In this document: positions 9,854-21,268 of the stretch, in pieces
Layout of the letters: each line of letters opens with the position of its first letter
Position numbering within the stretch: position 1 is the stretch's first letter
Assembly (NCBI RefSeq): GCF_000195955.2
Contig: NC_000962.3
Location: forward strand, 3,330,001-3,362,000
Length of the DNA: 32,000 bases
Direction: 5' to 3'
Origin: Mycobacterium tuberculosis H37Rv
Lineage (GTDB): Bacteria; Actinomycetota; Actinomycetes; Mycobacteriales; Mycobacteriaceae
Translations under genes and position numbers: made by a program
Notes under the pieces: model-generated
Databases searched by the model: none
What the model was told of the DNA's origin: nothing
Seen by the model: only the letters and a program-made list of their open reading frames with translations

Positions 9854-12082
9854 ATGATGAGCAATGATCGCAAGGTGACCGAAATCGAAAACAGTCCCGT
9901 CACAGAGGTGCGGCCAGAGGAGCATGCGTGGTATCCAGACGACTCGGCGCTGGCGGCACCGCCCGCTGCCACCCCCGCCGCGATTAGCGACCAGCTACCC
10001 TCGGATCGCTACCTGAACCGGGAGCTGAGTTGGCTGGACTTCAACGCGCGCGTGCTTGCCCTGGCCGCCGATAAGTCGATGCCATTGCTCGAGCGCGCCA
10101 AGTTTCTGGCAATCTTCGCGTCCAATCTCGACGAGTTCTACATGGTCCGGGTGGCCGGCCTCAAACGCCGCGACGAGATGGGGTTGTCGGTGCGCTCCGC
10201 CGACGGTCTAACACCGCGCGAACAACTAGGCCGGATCGGCGAGCAGACTCAACAGCTCGCCAGCCGGCATGCCCGGGTGTTCCTCGATTCGGTGCTACCC
10301 GCGCTCGGCGAGGAAGGCATCTACATCGTCACCTGGGCCGATTTGGATCAGGCTGAGCGCGACCGATTGTCGACCTATTTCAACGAACAGGTCTTCCCCG
10401 TCCTGACCCCGCTGGCCGTCGATCCCGCCCACCCGTTCCCGTTTGTCAGCGGGTTGAGCTTGAACCTGGCGGTCACGGTACGCCAACCTGAAGACGGCAC
10501 CCAGCATTTCGCGAGGGTCAAGGTGCCCGACAACGTCGACCGCTTCGTCGAACTCGCTGCACGTGAGGCCAGCGAGGAAGCTGCGGGGACCGAAGGCCGG
10601 ACCGCGCTGCGGTTCCTGCCGATGGAGGAGCTGATCGCGGCCTTCCTTCCGGTGCTTTTCCCGGGTATGGAAATCGTCGAGCACCACGCATTTCGCATCA
10701 CTCGCAACGCTGACTTCGAGGTTGAAGAGGATCGCGACGAGGACCTACTGCAGGCGCTCGAGCGAGAACTGGCCCGCCGCCGGTTCGGTTCACCGGTGCG
10801 ACTCGAGATCGCAGACGACATGACCGAGAGCATGCTGGAGTTGCTGCTTCGCGAACTCGACGTGCATCCCGGTGATGTCATCGAAGTGCCCGGGCTGCTC
10901 GACCTATCGTCGTTGTGGCAGATCTACGCCGTGGACCGCCCGACGCTTAAGGATCGGACATTCGTCCCAGCTACCCATCCCGCCTTCGCCGAGCGGGAAA
11001 CACCCAAAAGCATCTTCGCGACGCTGCGCGAAGGCGATGTGCTGGTTCACCATCCGTATGACTCGTTCTCCACCAGCGTGCAGCGATTCATCGAACAGGC
11101 CGCGGCCGACCCCAACGTGCTGGCGATCAAACAGACGCTGTACCGCACCTCCGGCGACTCGCCGATCGTCCGGGCGCTGATCGACGCCGCCGAAGCCGGA
11201 AAGCAAGTGGTGGCACTGGTCGAGATCAAGGCACGCTTCGACGAACAGGCCAACATCGCCTGGGCGCGCGCACTAGAACAAGCCGGCGTGCATGTGGCGT
11301 ACGGGCTCGTCGGGCTCAAGACGCACTGCAAGACCGCCTTGGTGGTGCGCCGCGAAGGTCCGACAATCCGGCGGTACTGCCATGTCGGCACCGGCAATTA
11401 CAACAGCAAGACAGCACGACTCTACGAGGACGTCGGACTGCTGACCGCTGCACCCGATATCGGCGCCGACTTGACCGACTTGTTCAATTCGCTCACCGGC
11501 TACTCACGCAAGTTGTCCTACCGCAACTTGTTGGTGGCCCCGCACGGAATCCGCGCCGGCATCATTGACCGCGTCGAGCGGGAGGTCGCGGCGCACCGTG
11601 CAGAGGGTGCCCACAACGGCAAAGGCCGCATCCGACTCAAGATGAATGCCCTTGTTGATGAGCAGGTCATCGATGCGCTGTACCGCGCGTCGCGAGCCGG
11701 TGTGCGGATCGAGGTGGTGGTACGCGGCATCTGCGCGCTGCGTCCAGGTGCGCAGGGCATTTCGGAAAACATCATCGTGCGCTCGATTCTCGGCCGCTTC
11801 CTCGAGCACTCGCGGATCCTCCATTTCCGTGCCATCGACGAGTTCTGGATCGGCAGCGCCGACATGATGCACCGCAACCTCGACCGGCGAGTCGAGGTTA
11901 TGGCTCAAGTCAAAAACCCGAGGCTGACCGCGCAGCTGGACGAATTGTTCGAATCCGCACTGGACCCGTGCACCCGGTGCTGGGAGCTCGGGCCCGACGG
12001 GCAGTGGACCGCGTCGCCGCAAGAAGGCCATAGCGTGCGCGACCATCAGGAATCGCTGATGGAACGGCACCGCAGCCCCTGA
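9854..12082 (+). CDS. ppk1: Polyphosphate kinase 1
   Basis: 742 aa; [42 protein letters not shown]...[19 protein letters not shown]. Confidence 0.98.
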   Translation: MMSNDRKVTEIENSPVTEVRPEEHAWYPDDSALAAPPAATPAAISDQLPSDRYLNRELSWLDFNARVLALAADKSMPLLERAKFLAIFASNLDEFYMVRVAGLKRRDEMGLSVRSADGLTPREQLGRIGEQTQQLASRHARVFLDSVLPALGEEGIYIVTWADLDQAERDRLSTYFNEQVFPVLTPLAVDPAHPFPFVSGLSLNLAVTVRQPEDGTQHFARVKVPDNVDRFVELAAREASEEAAGTEGRTALRFLPMEELIAAFLPVLFPGMEIVEHHAFRITRNADFEVEEDRDEDLLQALERELARRRFGSPVRLEIADDMTESMLELLLRELDVHPGDVIEVPGLLDLSSLWQIYAVDRPTLKDRTFVPATHPAFAERETPKSIFATLREGDVLVHHPYDSFSTSVQRFIEQAAADPNVLAIKQTLYRTSGDSPIVRALIDAAEAGKQVVALVEIKARFDEQANIAWARALEQAGVHVAYGLVGLKTHCKTALVVRREGPTIRRYCHVGTGNYNSKTARLYEDVGLLTAAPDIGADLTDLFNSLTGYSRKLSYRNLLVAPHGIRAGIIDRVEREVAAHRAEGAHNGKGRIRLKMNALVDEQVIDALYRASRAGVRIEVVVRGICALRPGAQGISENIIVRSILGRFLEHSRILHFRAIDEFWIGSADMMHRNLDRRVEVMAQVKNPRLTAQLDELFESALDPCTRCWELGPDGQWTASPQEGHSVRDHQESLMERHRSP

Positions 12083-12149
12083 CACTGCGTGGTGATTCCC
12101 GCTGCTGCACCGACCACATCCACGACCGCGAGCAGCCTGGCCGAATTGA

Positions 12150-13118
<969 letters not shown>

Positions 13119-13175
13119 CACACGGATACCCTTCGTCACATTGCCACCGTGCAAAGGGTATCCGTGTGTCTTGAC

Positions 13176-13820
13176 CTATTTGCGACCCCGCCGAGCGGTT
13201 GCCTTCTTGGCGGGAGCCTTGGTAGCCGGCCGCTTGGCCGCTGCCTTCTTTGCCGGCGCCTTGGTCGCCGCCTTACGCACCGATGCCTTGACCGCGGTCT
13301 TCTTCACCGCCTTGGTCACCTTCTTGGCGGGTGACTTCGTGGCCTTGACAGCTTTCTTGGCGGGCGCCTTGGTCGCCGCTTTCTTGGCGGGCGCCTTGGT
13401 CGCCGCCTTCCTGGCGGGCGCCTTGGTCGCCGCCTTCTTGGCGGCCTTTGTCGCCTTCTTGGCAGGTGCCTTCTTCGCTACCTTCTTGGCTGCACTGGCC
13501 CCCACACCACGCTTAACAGCGGGTCCTTCTGCCGGGAGACGCTGCGCGCCAGACACAACCGCTTTGAATTGCGCGCCCGGGCGGAACGCCGGCACCGACG
13601 TCGGCTTCACCTTTACTGTCTCGCCGGTACGCGGATTGCGGGCCACTCGAGCCGCGCGGCGACGCTGTTCGAACACACCGAACCCGGTAATGGTGACGCT
13701 GTCGCCTTTGTGTACCGCACGCACAATCGTGTCAACGACATTCTCGACGGCGGCGGTCGCCTGCCGACGGTCCGAGCCCAATTTCTGTGTGAGCACGTCA
13801 ATGAGCTCTGCTTTGTTCAT
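13176..13820 (-). CDS. hupB: DNA-binding protein HU with mycobacterial Lys/Ala-rich C-terminal tail
   Basis: [36 protein letters not shown]...[22 protein letters not shown] followed by PAKKA/KAAK repeats, 214 aa. Confidence 0.98.
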
Positions 13821-14032
13821 CCCAACCCTCCGAAACCAGTGGTCCTCGTTTGGAACCGACTAGTGGACACGGTAAACCCTTACCCGGCTGATTTCCAAGA
13901 GCCACGCGCAATTTCACTGAGCCAACGACCGGTTTTTCGCAATCCGGTTGCCGCCCTTGACCGGTGGCGCGGCCCCAAAATGGCTCAGGTTCTGCCGGCG
14001 GGTCACGCTGAAATTTCGCCCGGTTCTACGCC

Positions 14033-14629
14033 TCAGGGGGCGGGTAGAGTGCGCGGTTTCCAGTACGCGCACGCACCCTCAAAGGCCTCGATCTCGTCGA
14101 GTTTCCGCAGCGTAAGGGCTATATCGTCGAGACCTTCAAGCAGCCGCCACGCCGAGTGGTCGTCAATCTTGAACGGCAGCACCACTGTTGCTGCGGTGAT
14201 AATTCGATCTTGAAGATTGGCAGTGATTTCCAGGCCCGGACTCTGCTCAATGAGCTTCCACAGGAGTTCCACATCGTCTTGGGCAACCTCGGCCGCCAGC
14301 AGCCCGGCCTTGCCCGCGTTGCCGCGGAAAATGTCACCAAATCGGGATGAGATAACCACCCGGAATCCGTAGTCCATGAGCGCCCAGACCGCATGCTCTC
14401 GCGAGGATCCGGTGCCGAAATCGGGCCCGGCAACCAGGACCGAACCCCGGTCAAAGGGACTGAGGTTTAGCACGAATGCAGGATCCGACCGCCAACCCGC
14501 GAACAAGCCGTCCTCGAAACCGGTTCGGGTGACCCGCTTCAGAAAGACCGCGGGAATGATCTGATCGGTGTCGACATTGGACCGCCGCAACGGCACGCCA
14601 ATACCAGAGTGGGTGTGAAAGGCTTCCAT
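14033..14629 (-). CDS. leuD: 3-isopropylmalate dehydratase small subunit
   Basis: 198 aa; [40 protein letters not shown]. Confidence 0.98.
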   Translation of the reverse strand: MEAFHTHSGIGVPLRRSNVDTDQIIPAVFLKRVTRTGFEDGLFAGWRSDPAFVLNLSPFDRGSVLVAGPDFGTGSSREHAVWALMDYGFRVVISSRFGDIFRGNAGKAGLLAAEVAQDDVELLWKLIEQSPGLEITANLQDRIITAATVVLPFKIDDHSAWRLLEGLDDIALTLRKLDEIEAFEGACAYWKPRTLPAP

Positions 14630-14653
14630 GCTGATCCCCTAGCTGTTCTCAGT

Positions 14654-16075
14654 TCAATTCAAATCGGCCGGGCTGGACAGTGTGCCGCGAACCGCGGTGG
14701 CGGCCGCCACTGCTGGGGACACCAAATGTGTGCGGCCGCCCGCGCCCTGCCGCCCTTCGAAGTTGCGGTTGGACGTCGCGGCGCAGCGCTCCCCGGACGC
14801 CAGCTGATCGGGATTCATGCCCAGACACATCGAGCATCCCGCCTGCCGCCATTGCGCGCCCGCGTCGGTGAAGATCTCACCGAGCCCTTCGGCCTCGGCC
14901 TGCGCGCGTACCCGCATTGAGCCCGGAACGATCAGCATCCGCACGCCGTCGGCCACCTTGCGGCCACGCAGCACTTCGGCGACCACCCGCAGATCTTCAA
15001 TGCGACCGTTGGTACACGACCCGACGAACACGGCGTCGACCGCGATGTCGCGCATCGCGGTTCCGGGTCGAAGGTCCATGTACGCCAATGCTTTCTCGGC
15101 GGCCTGCCGCTCGGCGTCGTCGGTCATCAGTTGCGGATCTGGCACCGCGGCCGCCAGCGGTACCCCTTGGCCTGGGTTGGTGCCCCAGGTGACAAACGGG
15201 CTCAACGACGCGGCGTCGAGATACACCTCGGTGTCGAAAACGGCGCCGACGTCGGTGCGAAGCCGTTGCCAGTAGACGAGTGCGGTGTCCCACTGGGCAC
15301 CGGTGGGTGCGTGCGGACGACCACGCAAGAACGCGTAGGTGGTTTCGTCCGGAGCCACCATGCCCGCACGAGCGCCGGCTTCGATGCTCATGTTGCAGAT
15401 CGTCATCCGGCCTTCCATGGACAGCGATTCGATGGCGCTGCCCCGGTATTCGATGACATGCCCCTGGCCGCCGCCGGTGCCGATCTTGGCGATCAACGCC
15501 AGGATGATGTCCTTGGCCGACACACCGTCGGGCAGCCGCCCATCGACGTTGACCGCCATGGTCTTGAACGGCCGCAGCGGCAGCGTCTGGGTGGCCAGCA
15601 CGTGCTCGACCTCCGACGTACCGATGCCCATCGCCAACGCGCCGAATGCGCCGTGGGTTGAGGTGTGGCTATCGCCACAGACGATCGTCATTCCCGGCTG
15701 GGTGAGACCCAATTGCGGTCCGACGACGTGCACGATGCCCTGCTCGATATCGCCCATTGAATGCAGCCGGATTCCGAATTCGGCGCAGTTTCGGCGCAAC
15801 GTCTCCACCTGGGTGCGTGACACCGGGTCGGCGATCGGCTGGTCGATGTCGACGGTGGGCACGTTGTGATCCTCGGTGGCGAGGGTGAGCTCGGGCCGCC
15901 GCACCCGGCGCCCGGCCAGGCGCAGGCCGTCGAACGCCTGCGGGCTGGTGACCTCATGCACCAGATGCAGATCGATGTAGATCAAGTCGGGCGCACAGCC
16001 CCCGCCTGATACCACAATGTGGTCGTCCCAAATCTTCTCGGCCAGTGTGCGTGGCTCGCCGGTCTGCAAGGCCAT
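14654..16075 (-). CDS. leuC: 3-isopropylmalate dehydratase large subunit
   Basis: 473 aa; [59 protein letters not shown]. Confidence 0.98.
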
Positions 16076-16134
16076 CTCGAAGTGCCTCTATTCATTCGTT
16101 CGCGACTCGCTGGTCATCTCAAAATACGAGACGC

Positions 16135-16140
16135 TATGAT
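16135..16140 (+). promoter_or_regulatory. Putative -10 box (TATGAT) of a leaderless transcript of the IclR-type gene
   Basis: TATGAT ends 6 nt before the GTG start codon at 16147, the spacing expected when the TSS coincides with the start codon. Confidence 0.55.
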
Positions 16141-16146
16141 CTCTTT

Positions 16147-16848
16147 GTGAGACAGCATAGCGGTATCGGTGTCCTCGACAAAGCCGTTGGCGTGCTGCAC
16201 GCGGTCGCGGAATCTCCCTGCGGACTGGCCGAACTCTGCGATCGAACCGACCTGCCCAGGGCCACCGCATACCGGCTGGCGGCCGCGCTGGAGGTGCATC
16301 GCCTGCTGGGGCGCGGCCAGGATGGCCACTGGCGGCTCGGTCCGGCCATCACCGAACTCGCGACCCATGTCGACGATCCACTGCTGGTGGCGTGCGCGGC
16401 GGTACTGCCTCAGCTGCGCGACGCCACCGGCGAAAGCGTGCAGGTATATCGCCGCGAGGGAACGTCGCGGGTCTGCGTGGCCGCATTGGAACCAGCTGCG
16501 GGCCTTCGCGATACGGTCCCGGTCGGGGCACGGTTGCCGATGACCGCGGGCTCGGGCGCCAAAGTGTTGCTGGCCCACACCGACGCCGCCACCCAAGCGG
16601 CCGTATTGCCAAAGGCGGTGTTCAGCGCCCGAGCGCTGGCCGAGGTGTGCCGGCGCGGCTGGGCGCAAAGCGTGGCCGAACGCGAGCCTGGCGTGGCGAG
16701 CGTGTCGGCGCCGGTGCGCGACGGCCGGGGCGTCGTGATCGCTGCCATCTCGGTGTCCGGCCCGATCGACCGGATGGGCCGCCGCCCGGGGGTCCGATGG
16801 GCCGCCGACCTGCTGTCCGCGGCGGACGCGCTCACCCGACGGCTCTAG
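16147..16848 (+). CDS. IclR-family transcriptional regulator (Rv2989-like; LtbR/NdgR-type)
   Basis: GTG start, 233 aa; VRQHSGIGVLDKAVGVLHAVAESPCGLAELCDRTDLPRATAYRLAAALEVHRLL winged helix, divergent from leuC. Confidence 0.88.
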   Translation: MRQHSGIGVLDKAVGVLHAVAESPCGLAELCDRTDLPRATAYRLAAALEVHRLLGRGQDGHWRLGPAITELATHVDDPLLVACAAVLPQLRDATGESVQVYRREGTSRVCVAALEPAAGLRDTVPVGARLPMTAGSGAKVLLAHTDAATQAAVLPKAVFSARALAEVCRRGWAQSVAEREPGVASVSAPVRDGRGVVIAAISVSGPIDRMGRRPGVRWAADLLSAADALTRRL

Positions 16849-16858
16849 CCGCGTTGTG

Positions 16859-17719
16859 CTACATCGGTTCGACCGCGATCACATAGTCATTGCCGTGCCA
16901 CAGACCGTCTTGCCGCTCGTTGAGCTGCAATGCCCGAGCGCGCAGTTCTTCCACATAGGCACGCATTGCCATGCCAAGCCCGTTGGAGGAGAATCGCTCG
17001 ATTCGGGCCAAGCACATGTTGAGTTGGCCGTTCACGTAGCGAGCTCGGTAGCGGATGGGGAAGCGGCGCGCTTCAAGAATGCGAAAGCCCGCAAGGCCCA
17101 GTCGCCCCAGCATCCAGTCCAGCGGGAACTCTCGGTACGGTCGTTCGCCGGCAAGCAACAGGCAGGCGTCGCGCACGCGACCGATTTCCCAGATGATTTT
17201 GCCACTTTCGGTTTCCGGCTCGAATTGCACGTAGGGCTCCAAGCCGACTAGGTAAAGACGACCATGATCGGCGAGATGCGGGCGCAACCGCTCGAACACG
17301 CGGTCCTGCCAGTACGGGGCGAAGCCTTCGATGGCCCCGACCAGGTAGTCGACCAAGATGGTGTCGAACGTCTCGCCGGCAAGAAGGCTGTCGTCTACCC
17401 AGTTGCCGACGAGCAGGCGGTCCTGCGGGCGCATGGCGCTACCCAACGCGGCGCGGGTCTTGTCCGCCAGGCTGCGGGCGGCCGTGACCGCCGTCCAGCG
17501 CTCGGTCGGCAAAGTCTGTATCCACTGAAGCGATTTCACACCGGTACCGGCATCCAAGACAGTGCCCCAGGGTCTTTCGCCGTGCACGCCTTCGATGTAG
17601 CGGAACAAGGATGAGATCCCGGCCCTCAGTATGTACGAGCGACCGTGGCGGGCGTGTAGGTCTTCGATGTGGCGGATCAGGGCTGCGATCTTGGGCATTT
17701 CGGCCCAGGTCACACACAT
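16859..17719 (-). CDS. Hypothetical protein with SAM-methyltransferase-like glycine motif (Rv2990c-like)
   Basis: 286 aa from Met at 17719; WGTVLDAGTGVKSLQWIQTL...FDTILVDYLVGAIEGFAPYWQDRVFERLRPHLADHGRLYLVG. A TTG start at 17785 is possible. Confidence 0.75.
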   Translation of the reverse strand: MCVTWAEMPKIAALIRHIEDLHARHGRSYILRAGISSLFRYIEGVHGERPWGTVLDAGTGVKSLQWIQTLPTERWTAVTAARSLADKTRAALGSAMRPQDRLLVGNWVDDSLLAGETFDTILVDYLVGAIEGFAPYWQDRVFERLRPHLADHGRLYLVGLEPYVQFEPETESGKIIWEIGRVRDACLLLAGERPYREFPLDWMLGRLGLAGFRILEARRFPIRYRARYVNGQLNMCLARIERFSSNGLGMAMRAYVEELRARALQLNERQDGLWHGNDYVIAVEPM

Positions 17720-17890
17720 CGCAGACGTCCATGCGGCCGGTTCGGCCGAGCGCGGTATCGCGGCGCCGGCTTCAGACCCTGCCAACCGAGCGATCGTCGT
17801 GGGTGCTTCCTCGGAGTAACCACTGTGATGTCTTCCTCACGGCTGAAGCTGGCGGACTACCGATGAACCGACCCACCGAAACTCTATAGC

Positions 17891-17908
17891 AAACGATATT
17901 CATTTTCA
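17891..17908 (-). promoter_or_regulatory. Putative Fur/Zur-family operator upstream of Rv2990c-like gene
   Basis: Minus strand TGAAAATGAATATCGTTT in an AT-rich patch; close to the Fur-family core (TGAtAATGATTATCATTT). Confidence 0.5.
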
Positions 17909-17981
17909 AACTAGGCACCGCGAGCGTCACTGGGGTGGCGACGACGCGCTACCGGCGGAGCCTTGCTGACACACTGACGCC

Positions 17982-18473
17982 ATGGGAACCAAACAGCGCG
18001 CCGACATCGTCATGTCCGAGGCTGAAATCGCCGACTTCGTCAACTCGAGCCGTACCGGAACGCTGGCCACCATCGGACCCGACGGCCAGCCGCACTTGAC
18101 GGCGATGTGGTATGCCGTGATCGACGGCGAAATCTGGCTGGAGACCAAGGCCAAGTCGCAGAAGGCCGTCAACCTCCGACGGGATCCGCGGGTGAGCTTC
18201 CTGCTTGAAGACGGCGACACCTACGACACGCTGCGCGGCGTGTCGTTCGAGGGCGTTGCCGAGATCGTCGAGGAGCCCGAGGCGCTGCACCGCGTCGGGG
18301 TCAGCGTGTGGGAACGCTACACCGGCCCCTACACCGACGAGTGCAAACCGATGGTCGACCAGATGATGAACAAGCGGGTCGGTGTGCGCATCGTGGCCCG
18401 TCGGACCCGCTCGTGGGATCACCGCAAGCTGGGGCTGCCACACATGTCGGTGGGTGGCTCGACCGCCCCGTAG
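17982..18473 (+). CDS. Pyridoxamine 5'-phosphate oxidase-like / F420-binding split-barrel protein (Rv2991-like)
   Basis: 163 aa; SEAEIADFVNSSRTGTLATIGPDGQPHLTAMWYAVIDGEIWLETKAKSQKAVNLRRDPRVSFLLEDG. Confidence 0.88.
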   Translation: MGTKQRADIVMSEAEIADFVNSSRTGTLATIGPDGQPHLTAMWYAVIDGEIWLETKAKSQKAVNLRRDPRVSFLLEDGDTYDTLRGVSFEGVAEIVEEPEALHRVGVSVWERYTGPYTDECKPMVDQMMNKRVGVRIVARRTRSWDHRKLGLPHMSVGGSTAP

Positions 18474-18481
18474 CTGCCCGG

Positions 18482-18539
18482 CGAGCAGACGCAAAATCGC
18501 CCATTTCGAGACGAAATTGGGCGATTTTGCGTCTGCTCG
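18482..18539. terminator. Long perfect hairpin, probable bidirectional terminator or palindromic intergenic element
   Basis: cgagcagacgcaaaatcgccca (18482-18503) is the exact reverse complement of 18518-18539; inner tttcg/cgaaa stem with an aga loop. Located 9 nt after a + CDS stop and just before a - strand tRNA end. Confidence 0.75.
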
Positions 18540-18546
18540 GCAGTTG

Positions 18547-18619
18547 TAGCCCCGATGGGATTCGAACCCACGCTACCGCCGTGAGAGGGCGGCGTCCTAG
18601 GCCGCTAGACGACGGGGCC
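18547..18619 (-). tRNA. gltT: tRNA-Glu (CTC)
   Basis: ggccccgtcgtctagcggcctaggacgccgccctctcacggcggtagcgtgggttcgaatcccatcggggcta; 73 nt cloverleaf with CTC anticodon. Confidence 0.95.
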
Positions 18620-18658
18620 GGAACCGATCCGAGCTGCCAGCATAGCTCACGCCTTGTG

Positions 18659-18730
18659 CTGGGGTACCAGGACTCGAACCTAGAATGGCTGAACCAGAAT
18701 CAGCTGTGTTGCCAATTACACCATACCCCA
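18659..18730 (-). tRNA. glnU: tRNA-Gln (CTG)
   Basis: tggggtatggtgtaattggcaacacagctgattctggttcagccattctaggttcgagtcctggtaccccag; 72 nt, CTG anticodon. Confidence 0.95.
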
Positions 18731-18804
18731 TGGGCTGCCTAAAACCGCTGCCGCCAGCTGTTATGGGCCGACGTGCAGACTACCAAAGATTCGCCACACA
18801 AGGC

Positions 18805-20277
18805 TCACGCGTGCCCGACCAGCTGGCGCGCCGCGCGCAGCCGCTGCATGCTGCGGTCACGACCGAGCAGCTCCAGCGATTCAAACAACGGCGGGCTGAC
18901 GGTCGTGCCGGTGGCGGCCACCCGGATGGGGCTGAACGCCTTGCGGGGTTTGAGCGCCAAACCTTCGATCAAGGCGTCCTTAAGGGCCGCCTCGATCAGG
19001 GGTGCCGTCCAGTCCGTCACACTTGTCAGCGCGGCCAGGGCCGCGTCGAGCACCGCGGCCCCGTCTGGGCCTAGCTCCTTGGCCGCGGCCTTGGGATCGA
19101 TCACATACTGATCGTCGTTGAAGAACTTCAACAGCTCCCACGCGTCACCGAGCACCACGATGCGGGTCTGCACCAACTCGGCGGCGGCGGCGAATGCCGC
19201 CTCATCCAACGCGATGTGATGGCCGTGGGTATCCAGATGGTCGCGCAGCCTGACCGTGAAGTCGCCCACGTCGAGCATCCGGATGTGCTCGGCGTTCAGC
19301 GCGTCGGCCTTCTTCTGGTCGAACCGGGCCGGGCTGGAGTTGACGTCGGCAACGTCGAACGCGGCCACCATCTCGTCGAGACCGAACAGGTCGTGGTCGT
19401 CGGCTATGGACCAGCCGAGCAACGCGAGGTAGTTCAGCAGGCCTTCGGGGATGAACCCGCGGTCGCGGTGGGCAAACAGGTTCGACTGCGGATCGCGCTT
19501 CGAGAGCTTCTTGGTGCCCTCCCCCAAGACCGTTGGGAGGTGCGCGAATTTCGGAATCCGCTCAGCTACCCCGATCCTGATCAACGCCTGATGTAGCGCC
19601 AGCTGGCGCGGCGTCGACGGCAGCAGGTCCTCGCCACGCAACACATGGGTGATCTTCATCAGCGCGTCGTCGCACGGGTTGACCAAGGTGTATAACGGAT
19701 CACCGCTGGCTCGGGTCAACGCGAAGTCGGGTACGGAGCCAGCCGCGAACGTCACGGGCCCGCGCACCAGGTCATTCCAAGCGAGGTCGTCATCGGGCAT
19801 CCGCAGCCGCACCACCGGCTGGCGGCCCTCCGCCAGGTACGCCGCACGCTGCGCGTCGGTCAAGTGACGATCGAAATTGTCGTAACCCAGCTTGGGATTG
19901 CGCCCGGCCGCGACATGACGGGCCTCCACTTCCTCGGGTGTGGAGAAAGCGTGGTAGGCCTCGCCCGCGGCGAGCAGTCGGGCGAGCACGTCACGGTAGA
20001 TTTCGGCGCGCTGCGACTGCCGGTACGGCCCGTACGGCCCACCCACCTCGGGCCCCTCATCCCAATCCAGGCCAAGCCAGCGCAGCGCGTCCAGCAGCGC
20101 CAGATAGCTTTCCTCGCTGTCGCGTTGGGCGTCGGTGTCCTCGATGCGGAACACGAAGGTGCCACCGGTGTGCCGGGCGTAGGCCCAGTTGAACAGCGCG
20201 GTGCGGACCAGACCGACGTGCGGAGTTCCGGTGGGTGAAGGGCAGAATCGGACCCGGACTGTTTCCGTGGCGGTCAC
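18805..20277 (-). CDS. gltX: Glutamyl-tRNA synthetase
   Basis: 490 aa; [29 protein letters not shown] and [11 protein letters not shown]. Confidence 0.98.
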   Translation of the reverse strand: MTATETVRVRFCPSPTGTPHVGLVRTALFNWAYARHTGGTFVFRIEDTDAQRDSEESYLALLDALRWLGLDWDEGPEVGGPYGPYRQSQRAEIYRDVLARLLAAGEAYHAFSTPEEVEARHVAAGRNPKLGYDNFDRHLTDAQRAAYLAEGRQPVVRLRMPDDDLAWNDLVRGPVTFAAGSVPDFALTRASGDPLYTLVNPCDDALMKITHVLRGEDLLPSTPRQLALHQALIRIGVAERIPKFAHLPTVLGEGTKKLSKRDPQSNLFAHRDRGFIPEGLLNYLALLGWSIADDHDLFGLDEMVAAFDVADVNSSPARFDQKKADALNAEHIRMLDVGDFTVRLRDHLDTHGHHIALDEAAFAAAAELVQTRIVVLGDAWELLKFFNDDQYVIDPKAAAKELGPDGAAVLDAALAALTSVTDWTAPLIEAALKDALIEGLALKPRKAFSPIRVAATGTTVSPPLFESLELLGRDRSMQRLRAARQLVGHA

Positions 20278-21071
20278 GGCTTTCCTTTGCGGACTACGGG
20301 ATTGGTGAGGGTGCCGATTCCCTCGATGGTGATCGAGACGGTGTCGCCGTCCTCGATGGGACCGACTCCCGCGGGTGTGCCGGTGAGGATGAGATCACCT
20401 GGCAGCAAGGTCATTATCGCCGAGATCCATTCCACGATGGCGCCGATGTCATGGATCATCAGCGAGGTGCGGGCGTGCTGTTTGACGTCGCCGTTGACGA
20501 CGGTGCGCAGCTCGAGATCGGCCGGGTCAAAGGGAGCGAGGTCGGTGACGATCCACGGCCCGACCGGGCAGAAGGTGTCGTGCCCCTTGGCTCGCGTCCA
20601 CTGACCGTCGGATTGCTGCTGATCGCGGGCCGACACGTCATTGCCGATGGTGTAGCCGAGGATATTGTCGACGGCCTGGGCGGCCGGGACATCCTTGCAC
20701 GCCCGGCCGATCACGATCGCCAGCTCACCCTCGAAGTGCACCGGTGATGCGTTGGCGGGCAATCGAATTGGCGTATTCGGACCGATGATCGCGGTGTTGG
20801 GCTTGAGGAATATCACCGGGTCTGCCGGCGGCCGGCCACCCATTTCGGCGATGTGATCGGCATAGTTCTTCCCGACACAGACCACCTTGCTCGCCAGTAT
20901 CGGAGCCAGCAGGCGAACGTCGGCCAGCGGCCAGGAGCGTCCGGTGAAGGTCGGCGTACCGAACGGGTGCTCGGCGATCTCGCGGGCCGTCATCTCACTC
21001 GGCTCGCCCAGCTCGCCGTCGATGCTGGCAAAAGCGACACCGTCCGGGCTGGCGATTCGACCGATACGCAT
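20274..21071 (-). CDS. Fumarylacetoacetate hydrolase-family protein (Rv2993c-like)
   Basis: From [20 protein letters not shown] (265 aa); [18 protein letters not shown]...[18 protein letters not shown]...[11 protein letters not shown]; a shorter start at 20993 (239 aa) is also possible. Confidence 0.88.
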   Translation of the reverse strand: MRIGRIASPDGVAFASIDGELGEPSEMTAREIAEHPFGTPTFTGRSWPLADVRLLAPILASKVVCVGKNYADHIAEMGGRPPADPVIFLKPNTAIIGPNTPIRLPANASPVHFEGELAIVIGRACKDVPAAQAVDNILGYTIGNDVSARDQQQSDGQWTRAKGHDTFCPVGPWIVTDLAPFDPADLELRTVVNGDVKQHARTSLMIHDIGAIVEWISAIMTLLPGDLILTGTPAGVGPIEDGDTVSITIEGIGTLTNPVVRKGKP

Positions 21072-21094
21072 TTGGATGAGCTTAGCCGGGCCCT

Positions 21095-21214
21095 GCCGGG
21101 CGACGATTCGGGCCGGCACGGCCCGATGAGGAGCCCGGCAATCAGACCCTGCCGGGCGACGATTCGGGCCGGCACGGCCCGATGAGGAGCCCGGCAATCA
21201 GACCCTGCCGGGCG
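21095..21214. repeat. 56-bp perfect tandem duplication plus an 8-bp partial third copy
   Basis: gccgggcgacgattcgggccggcacggcccgatgaggagcccggcaatcagaccct at 21095-21150 and 21151-21206, then gccgggcg. Confidence 0.95.
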
Positions 21215-21268
21215 CTGCGGGCCCTCACCATCGGGCCCCGTGCCGGGTGACTGTGCCAGCATGGGTGG

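Noticed and set aside
13185-13500. Repetitive ttggcgggcgcc / gccgccttc DNA as an intergenic repeat array
   Set aside because: It is fully explained by the in-frame Lys/Ala/Pro-rich (PAKKA-type) tail of HupB.
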